A stretch of 33,431 bases of DNA from Cyanophyceae cyanobacterium. GTDB taxonomy: Bacteria > Cyanobacteriota > Cyanobacteriia > Cyanobacteriales > JBHJGN01. Below, one piece after another: positions 17,580 through 26,831 of the stretch (position 1 is the first letter of the stretch; each line of letters begins with the position of its first letter). The position numbers and the translations under genes are program-made. The DNA is taken from assembly GCA_050331735.1 (NCBI GenBank), contig JBHJGN010000098.1:1-33431 (forward strand), in the 5' to 3' direction. The notes under the pieces are model-generated. The model was not told where the DNA came from and made no database searches. It saw only the letters and a program-made list of their open reading frames with translations.

Positions 17580-19367
17580 CTACTCTACCGAGAGTTCTTC
17601 CTCTTGGGGAGGGTCAAAAGCAAGAGTAAGCCGATAAGAAAAAGACTGTTCGGCTTGAGAAACAATCGTGAATTCGTAGTAACCCGATTCTGGCAACACC
17701 CCAGACCATTGACGGGCGGTGGTATCTTCTAGCATGTTCACTTGGCCAGAGGGAGAGTAAATCGAAAATAGCGCGTCTTGCCCAGCGAGCAAATCTACCT
17801 CCATTATCTGGTCGGCCTCTAAATAGATCGTGTAGGCTTGCCCCTCTCCTGGAGCGAGAGTTCCCCGCCGCCGAATGATAGAGTCATCAGGCTCAATTTG
17901 TTCGAGAGCGTCTCCTGAGCGGAGAGCGTTGAGTTTATCAAGGGCGATCGCCTGCCAAATCTGGGTGAGCGGCTGCGCTAGGGGCGGCTCTTGGTCTGGG
18001 AACCGCTGGAAAAACTCGGCATCTACCAAATCGTAGAGGGCGCGGCTGCTGAGGTGAAGCTGATTAACAGCTCGCGTCAGGCGATCGCTCGTGGTGCGAT
18101 CGTAGCTGCCTAATCGTTGACGAGCCTCAGCGCTGAGAAAAGCGAGCTGCTCTAAATACTCAGCAGCAATCTCGTTCCGGCGCTGCTGCCGCTTTCGTCC
18201 CGCTTGTGGCGCGAGCGTTCCTCGTTGAGAAGGATACCGCTGGTCAAAAGCCCAGTCAGTCAATTCGTCGAAGAAATCCGTCTTAATGTCCAGAGTCCGG
18301 CGACGACGCTCTAAAGACACCTGTTGCTGCCGCTGTTGAAATAAGGGCTCTGGAGGCTGAGAGGGAGAGGGCTGTGGCTGCTGAAGGACTGTCTCCGTAA
18401 TGGCAGTAGTGGCCTGCTGCTTCAGCCAGGCTTTACCAGCAAACCAGCCACCAATCCCCGGACCAACAATCACCGCCATCGCAAGCACTGCCTTGCCGAC
18501 GCACCCAGTTACGGAACCTCTGGTTGTAGGCACTGGCTGAGCGGTCTTTGGTAAGCGTTGTGGTCGAGTCATGGGAAAGTGAGCTGGTGGTAGCGCCTTT
18601 CTGAGGGCCTGGATTACTTCTGTTGCTGAACTGAAGCGCTTCTCTGGTTTCTGAGATAGCATTCTCTGCAAAATTCTGGTGAGCTGAGGACTCAGAACTA
18701 GCTCTTGCTGCCAGTCCCAGCTAGCAGTATGAGGAACGGGTGGTACTTTACCGCTTAGCAAGACGAGACTGGTCATGGCTAGAGCACAGAGATCGTTATG
18801 AGGCATGTCTCCTAAGTAGGCTGACTCAGCAGGAACCGCTGGTGTTTTTATCGGTGTATAACCACGTTCAATTTCTCGAAACACGAGGATGGGCAGGGCA
18901 TCATCGCTACGCAACACGATTGTATCTGGAGAAATGTGTCCGTGAACGACGAATTTAGCGTGAATATAATCTAGAATTGGTAATACCTGTAGTAATAACG
19001 CCGTTATTTCTAGTTCGCTAAAGCCTGGTTGTCTCTGCCGAAGGCGATGCTGTAAAAGACTGCGGTAGGTTTTTCCCGGCATGTAGTCCTCAACCCAAAA
19101 CCAGCAGGGTTTTCCTTGGAACTCGGTTTGAAGCAGTTCTCGAAAGCGCGGAATTTGGGGATGGTTGAGCTGGAAAATAGCGTTTTCCGCTCCCTGCTGC
19201 TTTGAGGAAATTCGGGCCTGACAAGAGTCTGAGATTTCTCTAAGAACGAACAGCTCGTTGAGGTGAGTCAGATCTTCTGCTAAATAGCTTTGGCGAGCGT
19301 CTGCTAACGGTTGCAAAATCCGATAGCGGCCTAATTCCCCTGAATAAATAAGCTCTTTCATTGACAA
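17580..19367 (-). CDS. Membrane-anchored Ser/Thr kinase-like protein with degenerate catalytic motifs and C-terminal PPC-like domain
   Basis: GRYRILQPL, LNHPQIPRFREL, LDYIH...ISPD, RMLSQKPEKRFSSATEV; one TM segment; C-terminal WSGVLPESGYYEF. Confidence 0.85.
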   Translation of the reverse strand: MSMKELIYSGELGRYRILQPLADARQSYLAEDLTHLNELFVLREISDSCQARISSKQQGAENAIFQLNHPQIPRFRELLQTEFQGKPCWFWVEDYMPGKTYRSLLQHRLRQRQPGFSELEITALLLQVLPILDYIHAKFVVHGHISPDTIVLRSDDALPILVFREIERGYTPIKTPAVPAESAYLGDMPHNDLCALAMTSLVLLSGKVPPVPHTASWDWQQELVLSPQLTRILQRMLSQKPEKRFSSATEVIQALRKALPPAHFPMTRPQRLPKTAQPVPTTRGSVTGCVGKAVLAMAVIVGPGIGGWFAGKAWLKQQATTAITETVLQQPQPSPSQPPEPLFQQRQQQVSLERRRRTLDIKTDFFDELTDWAFDQRYPSQRGTLAPQAGRKRQQRRNEIAAEYLEQLAFLSAEARQRLGSYDRTTSDRLTRAVNQLHLSSRALYDLVDAEFFQRFPDQEPPLAQPLTQIWQAIALDKLNALRSGDALEQIEPDDSIIRRRGTLAPGEGQAYTIYLEADQIMEVDLLAGQDALFSIYSPSGQVNMLEDTTARQWSGVLPESGYYEFTIVSQAEQSFSYRLTLAFDPPQEEELSVE

Positions 19368-19639
19368 GATCCATCATGGACTGTTAGCTCAACACATTGC
19401 CAGACCTCGGTACTACAGCTCTTTTAGCACTCGTGTCCTCAACGGGAGAAAAAATTAATTCCCTAATTGCTCTATTAATTTAAAGTAAATTGCTCAATCA
19501 TCGTCAGTGTTTTGGCTCAACTTCAAACGATTTCCGCGACAATAGCCGTTGGCTTAACAGGCATTATACAAAGTAGACCTGTACAGAACAGGCAAGCCGG
19601 AAAAAAGTTAAGCGCAATTACAACCGGAGCACACTCTGA

Positions 19640-20179
19640 ATGACAAACATGATCGCCTTCACTAAAAAAATCATCCTCTTACTCTGTCTAGTGGTCACGC
19701 TGCTGTCAGGGACAGGGTCTCCAGCCCTAGCCGTCCTTCGTCAACACCATTCGGCGACAGGCTTGCGGTATCACGTGCATCACTCCTTACCGGATCGAGA
19801 GGGCCGGGCTTGGCAAGTGCTGGTTTTTCCAGATAACTCTGATCCCAGACGCTACTCGCTGCGACTGGTTGGGTTTCCTGGTTTAGCAAATTTTGTCCAT
19901 CCCGCTCCGTTAGAAATTATGACCTCTACTGGGATTTTGCTGGCCAGCGATCGCCTGGTCCACTCAGCACCAGCTCCCAACGTTGGGCAATACGATATCA
20001 GCAACATTCTGACACAGCTCTCGTCGCCAGAATCACTTCAGCTCTTGGTGCCTCTCCAACAGAAACAGCTCGTTTTGGAGATTCCTCCGCCAATCCTGAT
20101 CGAGTGGCAGTGGTTGCTTGAGCAAAGCAGGACTCCAGGGAAACGCTCTGCGTCTCGCCACAATGTAACAAAATATTAA
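19640..20179 (+). CDS. DUF3122-domain secreted protein
   Basis: Signal peptide; SLPDREGRAWQVLVF, LRLVGFPG, HPAPL, APNVGQYD, EWQ. Confidence 0.85.
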   Translation: MTNMIAFTKKIILLLCLVVTLLSGTGSPALAVLRQHHSATGLRYHVHHSLPDREGRAWQVLVFPDNSDPRRYSLRLVGFPGLANFVHPAPLEIMTSTGILLASDRLVHSAPAPNVGQYDISNILTQLSSPESLQLLVPLQQKQLVLEIPPPILIEWQWLLEQSRTPGKRSASRHNVTKY

Positions 20180-20271
20180 AACTCTAGGGTTTGGCATAAA
20201 ACAGGAAGCGAGAACCCTGAGTAGTGACTAGGAGTCAAACACCATTAAAGCCGGAGTGAGGGGCAAAATTC

Positions 20272-20925
20272 GTGAACTATGTATCTAGCCATGAGCATCC
20301 AGACCAGCTAGCCGTGCTCTGGCAAACGCGCTTGTCAAAAGATAATCCTCAGTACAATCCTGAAACGAGACAGAGCATTGTTTGCTGGCTACTGGATGGA
20401 ACACACGAACGATCAATTCCAGACTCTAACCAGCTTGTGATCGAGAGCAATCGTCGCTACCAAATTTTGCAGCAGCGCTACTTAAATGAGGAACCGACGC
20501 AAGCCTACACCAATTTGATAGAGCGCTTGAATGTTCTGGTCATCAAGCATTTGTCTTTAGATGGGGCCATAGCAGAGCGGGAACAGCAAAGAAATCTGGT
20601 GAGCTTGATTCAACGGACCATCCAGGAGTTGCTCACTAAACAATCTATCGCTCAAAAAATTATCAGCATTGCTAAACATACAGCAGATCTGCGCCTCCGC
20701 AATGCTTTCTTACTGGCCGAGCTTGAGGAATATTTTCTCAAGTTGCTGCTGACTCGTTCTCAGCTCTTTCAGCAGTTTTCGACGCGTCTCAATACTCAGT
20801 CGGCGCAGGGTTCAGAGTCTCAAACTCTCTGTCAACAGGCACAGGAAACGAGCAAAATATCTCTAAATTCACCGGACGCAGAAGAGTCCCGAGCTCGTCC
20901 ATACGCTAGCTGCGCTCCTGGGTAA
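20272..20925 (+). CDS. Shortened HetZ-related protein (N-terminal part only)
   Basis: WQTRL...TRQSIVCWLL...RRYQILQQRYL...AYTNLIERL...RLRNAFLLAELEEY resembles HetZ-related protein 2. Confidence 0.65.
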   Translation: MNYVSSHEHPDQLAVLWQTRLSKDNPQYNPETRQSIVCWLLDGTHERSIPDSNQLVIESNRRYQILQQRYLNEEPTQAYTNLIERLNVLVIKHLSLDGAIAEREQQRNLVSLIQRTIQELLTKQSIAQKIISIAKHTADLRLRNAFLLAELEEYFLKLLLTRSQLFQQFSTRLNTQSAQGSESQTLCQQAQETSKISLNSPDAEESRARPYASCAPG

Positions 20926-21018
20926 GCTTGAGTTCAACAGGCAGGGTATCTTTTTGAATTTTGCCTGTCGAATTTCCACGTCTGATCGGCTTAAGCTTCC
21001 CTCGCTAAAGCTTTCGGC

Positions 21019-22236
21019 TTACCTGGTAGCAGCCTCTTTTTCCTGACTCAGGCGGTCAAGATTCTCTTGGACAGTCTGCTGAACTTTGAGCATAACCGCG
21101 TTAACAGTTGCTGTGCGATCGCGCTGGTAGTCAGCAAAGCAGTTCTTGAGACTAATCGGCTCTCCAATTTCGACCCTCGCTTCCCGAAAACCTTTCGGAG
21201 GAGGCTGATCGATATCAAACACCTCGCGCTCTAGCCGAATCAGAGTATCTAAAAAGCGTTCTGGAGTCGGATGAGCGGCGACGTAGCCATCGTAGATAGC
21301 GTCAAAGTTGAACAGTCGCTTCACGGACTTCTCGATGAGAGCTAAATGGTAAGCGTGATCGCTGTTCAATTCATGAGCTTCTACCTCATCCATTTGAGTT
21401 TTTAAGGCATACTCAATTTTGTATGTCCGCTCCCGCACCAATTCATGGAGATTAGAGGTAATCCCCAATAAATATTCGCATTTTTCGAGGGCGTGGGTTC
21501 TGAGCCTGGAGATGCGCTGTTCCCAGGATGGCTCCTCAGCCTGTAGTCCGTAATCTTGCTCGATTTTGACGAGGACTTGCTCGGCGATCGCTTGCAGTCT
21601 TTGATAAGCAGTAGCATCCGCTTCTCTGTTGAGCCTTAAAGCTTTTTCGAGGCGGTTCAACGTTTGCTCAATGACCCCACTCATGTCCTGGGTATAGCGA
21701 TATTTAATGCTCACCGGGACGGCATAAAGTTCAGGGAGGGGTTCCTCCTGTTTAAAAGACTTGTTCATCGCCTGAAACGCTAGCTGCACGGCTCCAGCTC
21801 GAAACGGCATCACGGTATCGTTTTGAAAGGAGCATCCTCCTTCTGGGAAAACCACTAAATGGCACCCTGGCTGTCTGAGGAGGGTCAAGGTTTGAGCAAT
21901 ACTGGGACGATCGACTAAACCACGCCGAATCGAATAAACTCCGAGGCGCTGAAGAATGCTGCCCAGGGAACTGCTCAGGAGTTCGAGCGCAGCTAGGTAG
22001 TAAAACATCTGCCCGACTTGGGCAGAAAGCGTAAACATGACGACTGGATCTTGAAAGGTGGGATGATTCGGCAGCAGCAGCAGTCGCTCGTCCCTAAGTA
22101 AACGCAGCTTCTCTAGGCTGTGGGGACTGATAACCAGTTCAAACTGGTAGAACCAGCGCGTCACCCCAGGAGAGATGAACTGAGCGAGGCGAACTAGAAA
22201 GGGATTCAGCCGAGGTGGATAAAAGCTCTGCGCCAT
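21019..22236 (-). CDS. PlsC-type 1-acyl-sn-glycerol-3-phosphate acyltransferase family protein
   Basis: NHPTFQD (HX4D), YSIRRG, FPEGG, VPVSIKY. Confidence 0.9.
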   Translation of the reverse strand: MAQSFYPPRLNPFLVRLAQFISPGVTRWFYQFELVISPHSLEKLRLLRDERLLLLPNHPTFQDPVVMFTLSAQVGQMFYYLAALELLSSSLGSILQRLGVYSIRRGLVDRPSIAQTLTLLRQPGCHLVVFPEGGCSFQNDTVMPFRAGAVQLAFQAMNKSFKQEEPLPELYAVPVSIKYRYTQDMSGVIEQTLNRLEKALRLNREADATAYQRLQAIAEQVLVKIEQDYGLQAEEPSWEQRISRLRTHALEKCEYLLGITSNLHELVRERTYKIEYALKTQMDEVEAHELNSDHAYHLALIEKSVKRLFNFDAIYDGYVAAHPTPERFLDTLIRLEREVFDIDQPPPKGFREARVEIGEPISLKNCFADYQRDRTATVNAVMLKVQQTVQENLDRLSQEKEAATR

Positions 22237-22311
22237 CAGAATATCTAAGCCATTAGATATTTAATCATCATAAACAGCGAGCGCCACCCCTTTCAAAGAG
22301 ATTTGTCCACT

Positions 22312-22752
22312 TTAGCGATTGTCTGCCGTTTTGTCGTAGGTGACTTCAATCACCGTATGGACGTTGCCTCTGGGAGTATAGTCCCCCGTGATTTTGGCTG
22401 CTAGGGGTTCGCAGGCAGCCACAAAGTCATCTAAGATTTGATTGACCGCTTCTTCATGGGAAAGATAGCGATCGCGGTAGCTGTTGATGTACAGCTTCAG
22501 CGCCTTTAACTCGACAACGCGCTCGTCTGGCGAATAGATGATGGTCATCGTGGCAAAATCTGGATAGCCAGAAAAAGGACACTTACAGGTAAATTCTGGC
22601 AGCGTAATATTGATACTGTAGCGACGACCAACGCGGGGATTAGGAAAGGTAATTAGTTGTCCTTGGGCGATCGCCCGTTCGCCGTATTTCTCGGTAGTTT
22701 GCTGGGAAGGTTGATTCATAGATTTATGGGGTGTAGGAGCCGATTTTTCCAT
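22312..22752 (-). CDS. queF: NADPH-dependent preQ0 reductase QueF
   Basis: PEFTCKCPFSGYPDFA, VELKALKLYINSYRD..SHEE, TPRGN. Confidence 0.96.
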   Translation of the reverse strand: MEKSAPTPHKSMNQPSQQTTEKYGERAIAQGQLITFPNPRVGRRYSINITLPEFTCKCPFSGYPDFATMTIIYSPDERVVELKALKLYINSYRDRYLSHEEAVNQILDDFVAACEPLAAKITGDYTPRGNVHTVIEVTYDKTADNR

Positions 22753-22892
22753 TATGGCAAGCTGAGCGAGCGCTCCTGCCTCGGTTTATACATCCTCCCC
22801 CTGCCCGGTGCGCTCCTGACAGCAGTAGAGGAATAGAGTGATAGGATAACATTAGCAATATACTAAACCCCGTTTCTTGCTCGATTCTTCGT

Positions 22893-23327
22893 ATGTCTTC
22901 AACGACCCTACCGCCTAAACTCGAACGCATTGTTGAGCGCTTTAAGCGGCGTTCTAACCCCAAGCAGCGCTACGAACAACTGCTATGGTATGCCAAAAAG
23001 CTTGCAGAGATGCCCCAGGAAGATAAAACCCCAGAGAACAAGGTTCCTGGCTGTGTTTCTCAGGTATACATTACTGCTAATTTAGAGGCTGGTAAGGTGG
23101 TCTATCAGGGAGACTCAGATGCTCAGCTTGTTAAAGGCTTAGTGGCGCTGCTTATTGAAGGATTAAGCGGCTTAACGCCCGCAGAAATTGTTCAGGTGAC
23201 TCCTGACTGGATCGACGAGACCGGATTAAAAGTCAGCCTAACTCCTTCCCGCGCTAACGGCTTCTACAATATTTTCCAAACGATGAAGAAGAAAGCACTG
23301 GGGTTTCAATTGGGGATGTCGGCTTGA
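22893..23327 (+). CDS. sufE: Cysteine desulfuration protein SufE
   Basis: NKVPGCVSQV, GDSDAQLVKGL, LTPSRANGF. Confidence 0.95.
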   Translation: MSSTTLPPKLERIVERFKRRSNPKQRYEQLLWYAKKLAEMPQEDKTPENKVPGCVSQVYITANLEAGKVVYQGDSDAQLVKGLVALLIEGLSGLTPAEIVQVTPDWIDETGLKVSLTPSRANGFYNIFQTMKKKALGFQLGMSA

Positions 23328-23360
23328 AAAGCAACGGGGAAGCACACTGCTTGTGGGGAC

Positions 23361-23410
23361 TTGTTGATGGTTGATAGTTAATGGCTGATAGAACAATCAA
23401 CCATCAACAA
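23361..23410. repeat. Inverted repeat built from heptamer repeats between convergent genes (probable bidirectional terminator)
   Basis: TTGTTGATGGTTGAT (23361-23375) / ATCAACCATCAACAA (23396-23410), perfect 15 bp. Confidence 0.75.
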
Positions 23411-23422
23411 TGAACATTAAAT

Positions 23423-24454
23423 TCACACTACCCCTGGCTCCAGCATGTCAATCTTGCCAATATCGGCATCGATGACAGCCTCTATTCCGATTGGAATTGT
23501 CAAGATTGGCTCTAAGTGACCAATTTGAGCGCCAGACCACGCCGGAACCCCTAGGGGTTGAATATGGTCTTGCAGCACTTCTTCAAGCGTCAGCGAGCCA
23601 TAATCGGCCTCGGGGAGACAGTCAATGCACTGACCGAAGACGAAGCCAGCCAGACCATCGAGTACGCCAGCAAGCTTCAGATGGGTGAGCATGCGATCGA
23701 CGCGGTAGATACTTTCGCCCACGTCTTCAATAAATAGAATCGCCCCGCGCGTATCGGGAAAATACGGCGTACCCACTAGGGCAGACAGTACCGATAGATT
23801 TCCCCCCATGAGCTTGCCTCGCGCTCGTCCGGGGCGAAGAGTCCGCACGCGGTACTTGACCTGCATGAGGCGGTCAGCATCGCTGCTGTCGAGCTGATTT
23901 TCGTAGCTGACCTGGTTTCCGGCAAACAGAACGCGGCGAAAAGACTCAGTTTGGGCCGGTCGCCACGAGGTTAACCCGTTGGGACCGTGAAACGTGATTA
24001 ATCCAGTTTGAGCATAAATTGCTAACAGCAACGCCGTGAGGTCGCTAAAGCCAACCACAATTTTGGGATTTTGGCGAATAGTATCGTAGTTCAGGTAAGG
24101 TAAGATGCGGCTACATCCCCAGCCACCGCGAATCGGCAGCAGAGCGTCGATTTGGGGATCGGCAAAAAATTGGTTAATATCGGCAGCGCGATCGCGGTCC
24201 TTCCCGGCAAAATAGCCGTAGCGGTCGAGTAGATGAGGGGCCAAATACGGAACTAACCCTAGCGCCTGCACCGCATCAAGAACGATGTCTAACTCCTCCT
24301 CAATAAACGTTGCTCCCGCTGGACTAATTAAGCCAATCCCCGCTCCTGGCTGCAATTTTGCCGGTTTAAGAACGCTGGTACTGGTGGCCGACGCTGAGGC
24401 AACACTGGCGGTGATCGCAGCTGCACCGTAGAGAAAATGGCGGCGAGCGATCAT
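23423..24454 (-). CDS. LD-carboxypeptidase (peptidase S66, LdcA/MccF family) with Tat-like signal
   Basis: ARRHFL twin-arginine motif; RGGWG, GFSDLT, HGP, GGNLS, FIEDVGE, IGH. Confidence 0.93.
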   Translation of the reverse strand: MIARRHFLYGAAAITASVASASATSTSVLKPAKLQPGAGIGLISPAGATFIEEELDIVLDAVQALGLVPYLAPHLLDRYGYFAGKDRDRAADINQFFADPQIDALLPIRGGWGCSRILPYLNYDTIRQNPKIVVGFSDLTALLLAIYAQTGLITFHGPNGLTSWRPAQTESFRRVLFAGNQVSYENQLDSSDADRLMQVKYRVRTLRPGRARGKLMGGNLSVLSALVGTPYFPDTRGAILFIEDVGESIYRVDRMLTHLKLAGVLDGLAGFVFGQCIDCLPEADYGSLTLEEVLQDHIQPLGVPAWSGAQIGHLEPILTIPIGIEAVIDADIGKIDMLEPGVV

Positions 24455-24497
24455 AGCAATCTTTCAACCATACTCATGAAGTAGCAAGGCCGCAACA

Positions 24498-25007
24498 TCA
24501 TGGAGAATCTTGATCGGAAATGGCACGGGTACAGGACCAGTTGCTCGGCAAAGCAGAGGGCCATCCCATCCGAATGGCTTCTGGACAGATCGTCATCACG
24601 GTTAACTGACAGTCAATGAGCTGAAAACCTTCTTTCTCGCACTGCTTTAAACTTTGCTTAAGAATCGAGTCGTTTTTAAACTCGATCGTCTTATTGCACT
24701 GAATACAAACAATGTGATGATGATGATGAGGATACGGTTGATTGAGTTCGTAGTGTTTGTGTCCTTCGGCTAATTCTAATTCTCGCAGGATGCCCATTCT
24801 AGCCATCAGCTTCACGCTACGATAGATGGTCGAAAGACTAATTGCTTCTTCGCGGTCCTCAAGGAGATGATGGAGTTCCTCGGCACTCAAATGATTGCCG
24901 CGAGGAAGATTTTGAAAAACGTGCAGTATTTTCTCCCGCTGCGGCGTTAACCGCCACCCTCTGGAATTTAGTTCGGCTTTCAATGAATTGGCTGTGTAGT
25001 GAGCCAT
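24498..25007 (-). CDS. fur: Ferric uptake regulator (FurA-type)
   Basis: RLTPQRE, HLSAEEL, SLSTIYR, HHHHIVCIQC. Confidence 0.95.
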   Translation of the reverse strand: MAHYTANSLKAELNSRGWRLTPQREKILHVFQNLPRGNHLSAEELHHLLEDREEAISLSTIYRSVKLMARMGILRELELAEGHKHYELNQPYPHHHHHIVCIQCNKTIEFKNDSILKQSLKQCEKEGFQLIDCQLTVMTICPEAIRMGWPSALPSNWSCTRAISDQDSP

Positions 25008-25212
25008 GCTAAAGTACTCTCAAGTTAGACCTCTGTAAACGATGATAGATGCTATCGCCATCCATTTGCAACAATCTTTACTAATTGATAAAGCTCTGCA
25101 AGTTTCAAACGAGCACAAGAATCAGGGGGTGAGAAGGAAGAAGTTTCCCGCTGCTCGGAGAATTGTTGAGTGTTCGTGGTTGATAGCAATAATTAATAAT
25201 CAGCCACAAACA

Positions 25213-25254
25213 CTCAAAGCAGCCGCCGGAATGATTTCCGGCGGCTGCTTTGAG
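25213..25254. repeat. Perfect 19-bp GC-rich hairpin in the fur/methyltransferase intergenic region
   Basis: CTCAAAGCAGCCGCCGGAA-tgat-TTCCGGCGGCTGCTTTGAG. Confidence 0.85.
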
Positions 25255-25435
25255 CAAGCTCAATTCCTAATCCATAGGGTGAATAAATTTAGTAGCCTTT
25301 TTCTAAGGAGGCTGCTCGGGTTGCGAAGAACACATTGTATTGACCCCAATCAATTATAAACTTTTCAGTGAGAGGAAGAAGCGTATTGGATGATACGTTT
25401 GTCCATCTCTATAAATCTCAGGAGAATTTTATCTC

Positions 25436-26707
25436 ATGCAATCGGTAGGAGAAAAAACCTATACCCAAGCGGTACGGGAGGGGAAATACGATCTCTACGT
25501 TGGTAACTTATTTGGCAAGTACGACAACGTTCGTACCTACTGGGAAGACCAACTGACTCGTATTGCTCTGCGTCCTTTCCTCAGTCATTTGGTAGCCAGT
25601 AAGTGCGAGGCAGGGCAAAGGTTGCGCATTGCTGACCTCGGCTGCGGTGCGGGACAGGGATATCAAATCTTGACTAAGATTGACCGCCAAGATCTCAATC
25701 TGGGCCTACAGCACCAGCGGGTCATGCCCGAAGATGAAATTGCGACCTACTTGGGTCTGGATATCAGTCCAGCGATGGTGGAAAAAGGACAAGTTCTCTT
25801 TGCCGATAAGCCCCAGGTACAGTTCGCCCAAGCAGACTTGCGTCAGGGACTTGGAGAGGTCAAGAAACGGGAATCCCCGTTTGACCTCTATTTCTCATCC
25901 TACGGCTCTCTTTCCCACCTCGAGCGTCAGGATTTAGTGCGGCTGTTAAGCGATGTTTGCCAACATGGTCGTGAGGGGAGTCTAATTGTCCTGGATTTAC
26001 TGGGGCGGTATTCCATCGAATGGCCGAGTTTTTGGTCGGCTGCCTCAGAAGCGGAAAAGGTCCGCCAGTACTCCATGAGTTATCTCTACTCCGAATCTAG
26101 TCGTCAGCAGCTCGATATCGAGAGCTTTCCCCTGCGCTTCTGGACGGGAGAGGAAGTTCGGCAATTGACAGCAGAACTGACGACCGCCACCGGAGTTGGT
26201 TTAGAAGTTGTTAAACTGATGGACCGCTCTCTACTGGTTGGTCGCCATACGGATACGCGGGAGTACAATCCTCAGCTTAAGCCGATTCGCCGCTTAATCA
26301 ATTCCCTGCATGAAGACTACTTACGAACCGATTTAGCAGAACTCATCCTCGACCCCGCTTTTGTTCCCGAACACCCCCAAGTTAGTTCCTGGCTGCAGGA
26401 ACTGATCAAATGCTGGAACATTTTGGTAGAGTACTGCCAACACCGCCTCTCCCACAACTTTTCGCTGCCAGAATTGAAAGGATGGAATGAGTTTCCCCAA
26501 CCTTTGCAGTTTGCGCTGATGACTATTGACCGAGTGATTGCTGATGTTGGCTGGATGTGGTACGGCGACCCCCGTGCCAACATTATTGAACCACAGCTCG
26601 GCTACGCCTTACGCACCCTAGAATACGAAATGCAGCGGGGCTGGGGCTGCGGTCACGGATTGGTCGCCATTCTTAGAATTCAAAACGAAGCAAAGCTGTC
26701 GAGCTAA
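25436..26707 (+). CDS. Class I SAM-dependent methyltransferase
   Basis: IADLGCGAGQG, LGLDISPAMV, QADL, FDLYFSSYGSLSHL; SD AGGAG. Confidence 0.88.
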   Translation: MQSVGEKTYTQAVREGKYDLYVGNLFGKYDNVRTYWEDQLTRIALRPFLSHLVASKCEAGQRLRIADLGCGAGQGYQILTKIDRQDLNLGLQHQRVMPEDEIATYLGLDISPAMVEKGQVLFADKPQVQFAQADLRQGLGEVKKRESPFDLYFSSYGSLSHLERQDLVRLLSDVCQHGREGSLIVLDLLGRYSIEWPSFWSAASEAEKVRQYSMSYLYSESSRQQLDIESFPLRFWTGEEVRQLTAELTTATGVGLEVVKLMDRSLLVGRHTDTREYNPQLKPIRRLINSLHEDYLRTDLAELILDPAFVPEHPQVSSWLQELIKCWNILVEYCQHRLSHNFSLPELKGWNEFPQPLQFALMTIDRVIADVGWMWYGDPRANIIEPQLGYALRTLEYEMQRGWGCGHGLVAILRIQNEAKLSS

Positions 26708-26740
26708 CTTAAGATAAACAGCACAATATCTCGTCAAGGA

Positions 26741-26789
26741 TTGATGGTTAATTGTTGATAGCCTATTTCAATCAACAATTAACCATCAA
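26741..26789. repeat. Perfect 19-bp inverted repeat built from heptamer repeats
   Basis: TTGATGGTTAATTGTTGAT (26741-26759) / ATCAACAATTAACCATCAA (26771-26789). Confidence 0.8.
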
Positions 26790-26831
26790 CAAGCAACTCT
26801 ATTCCATCAATGCATTCCCAATCTAAGCACA

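Noticed and set aside
22753..22892. preQ1 riboswitch upstream of queF
   Set aside because: No recognisable preQ1 hairpin with A-rich tail on the minus strand.
25042..25359. 105-aa plus-strand ORF
   Set aside because: Runs through palindromic repeats in a divergent promoter region; no protein-like motifs.
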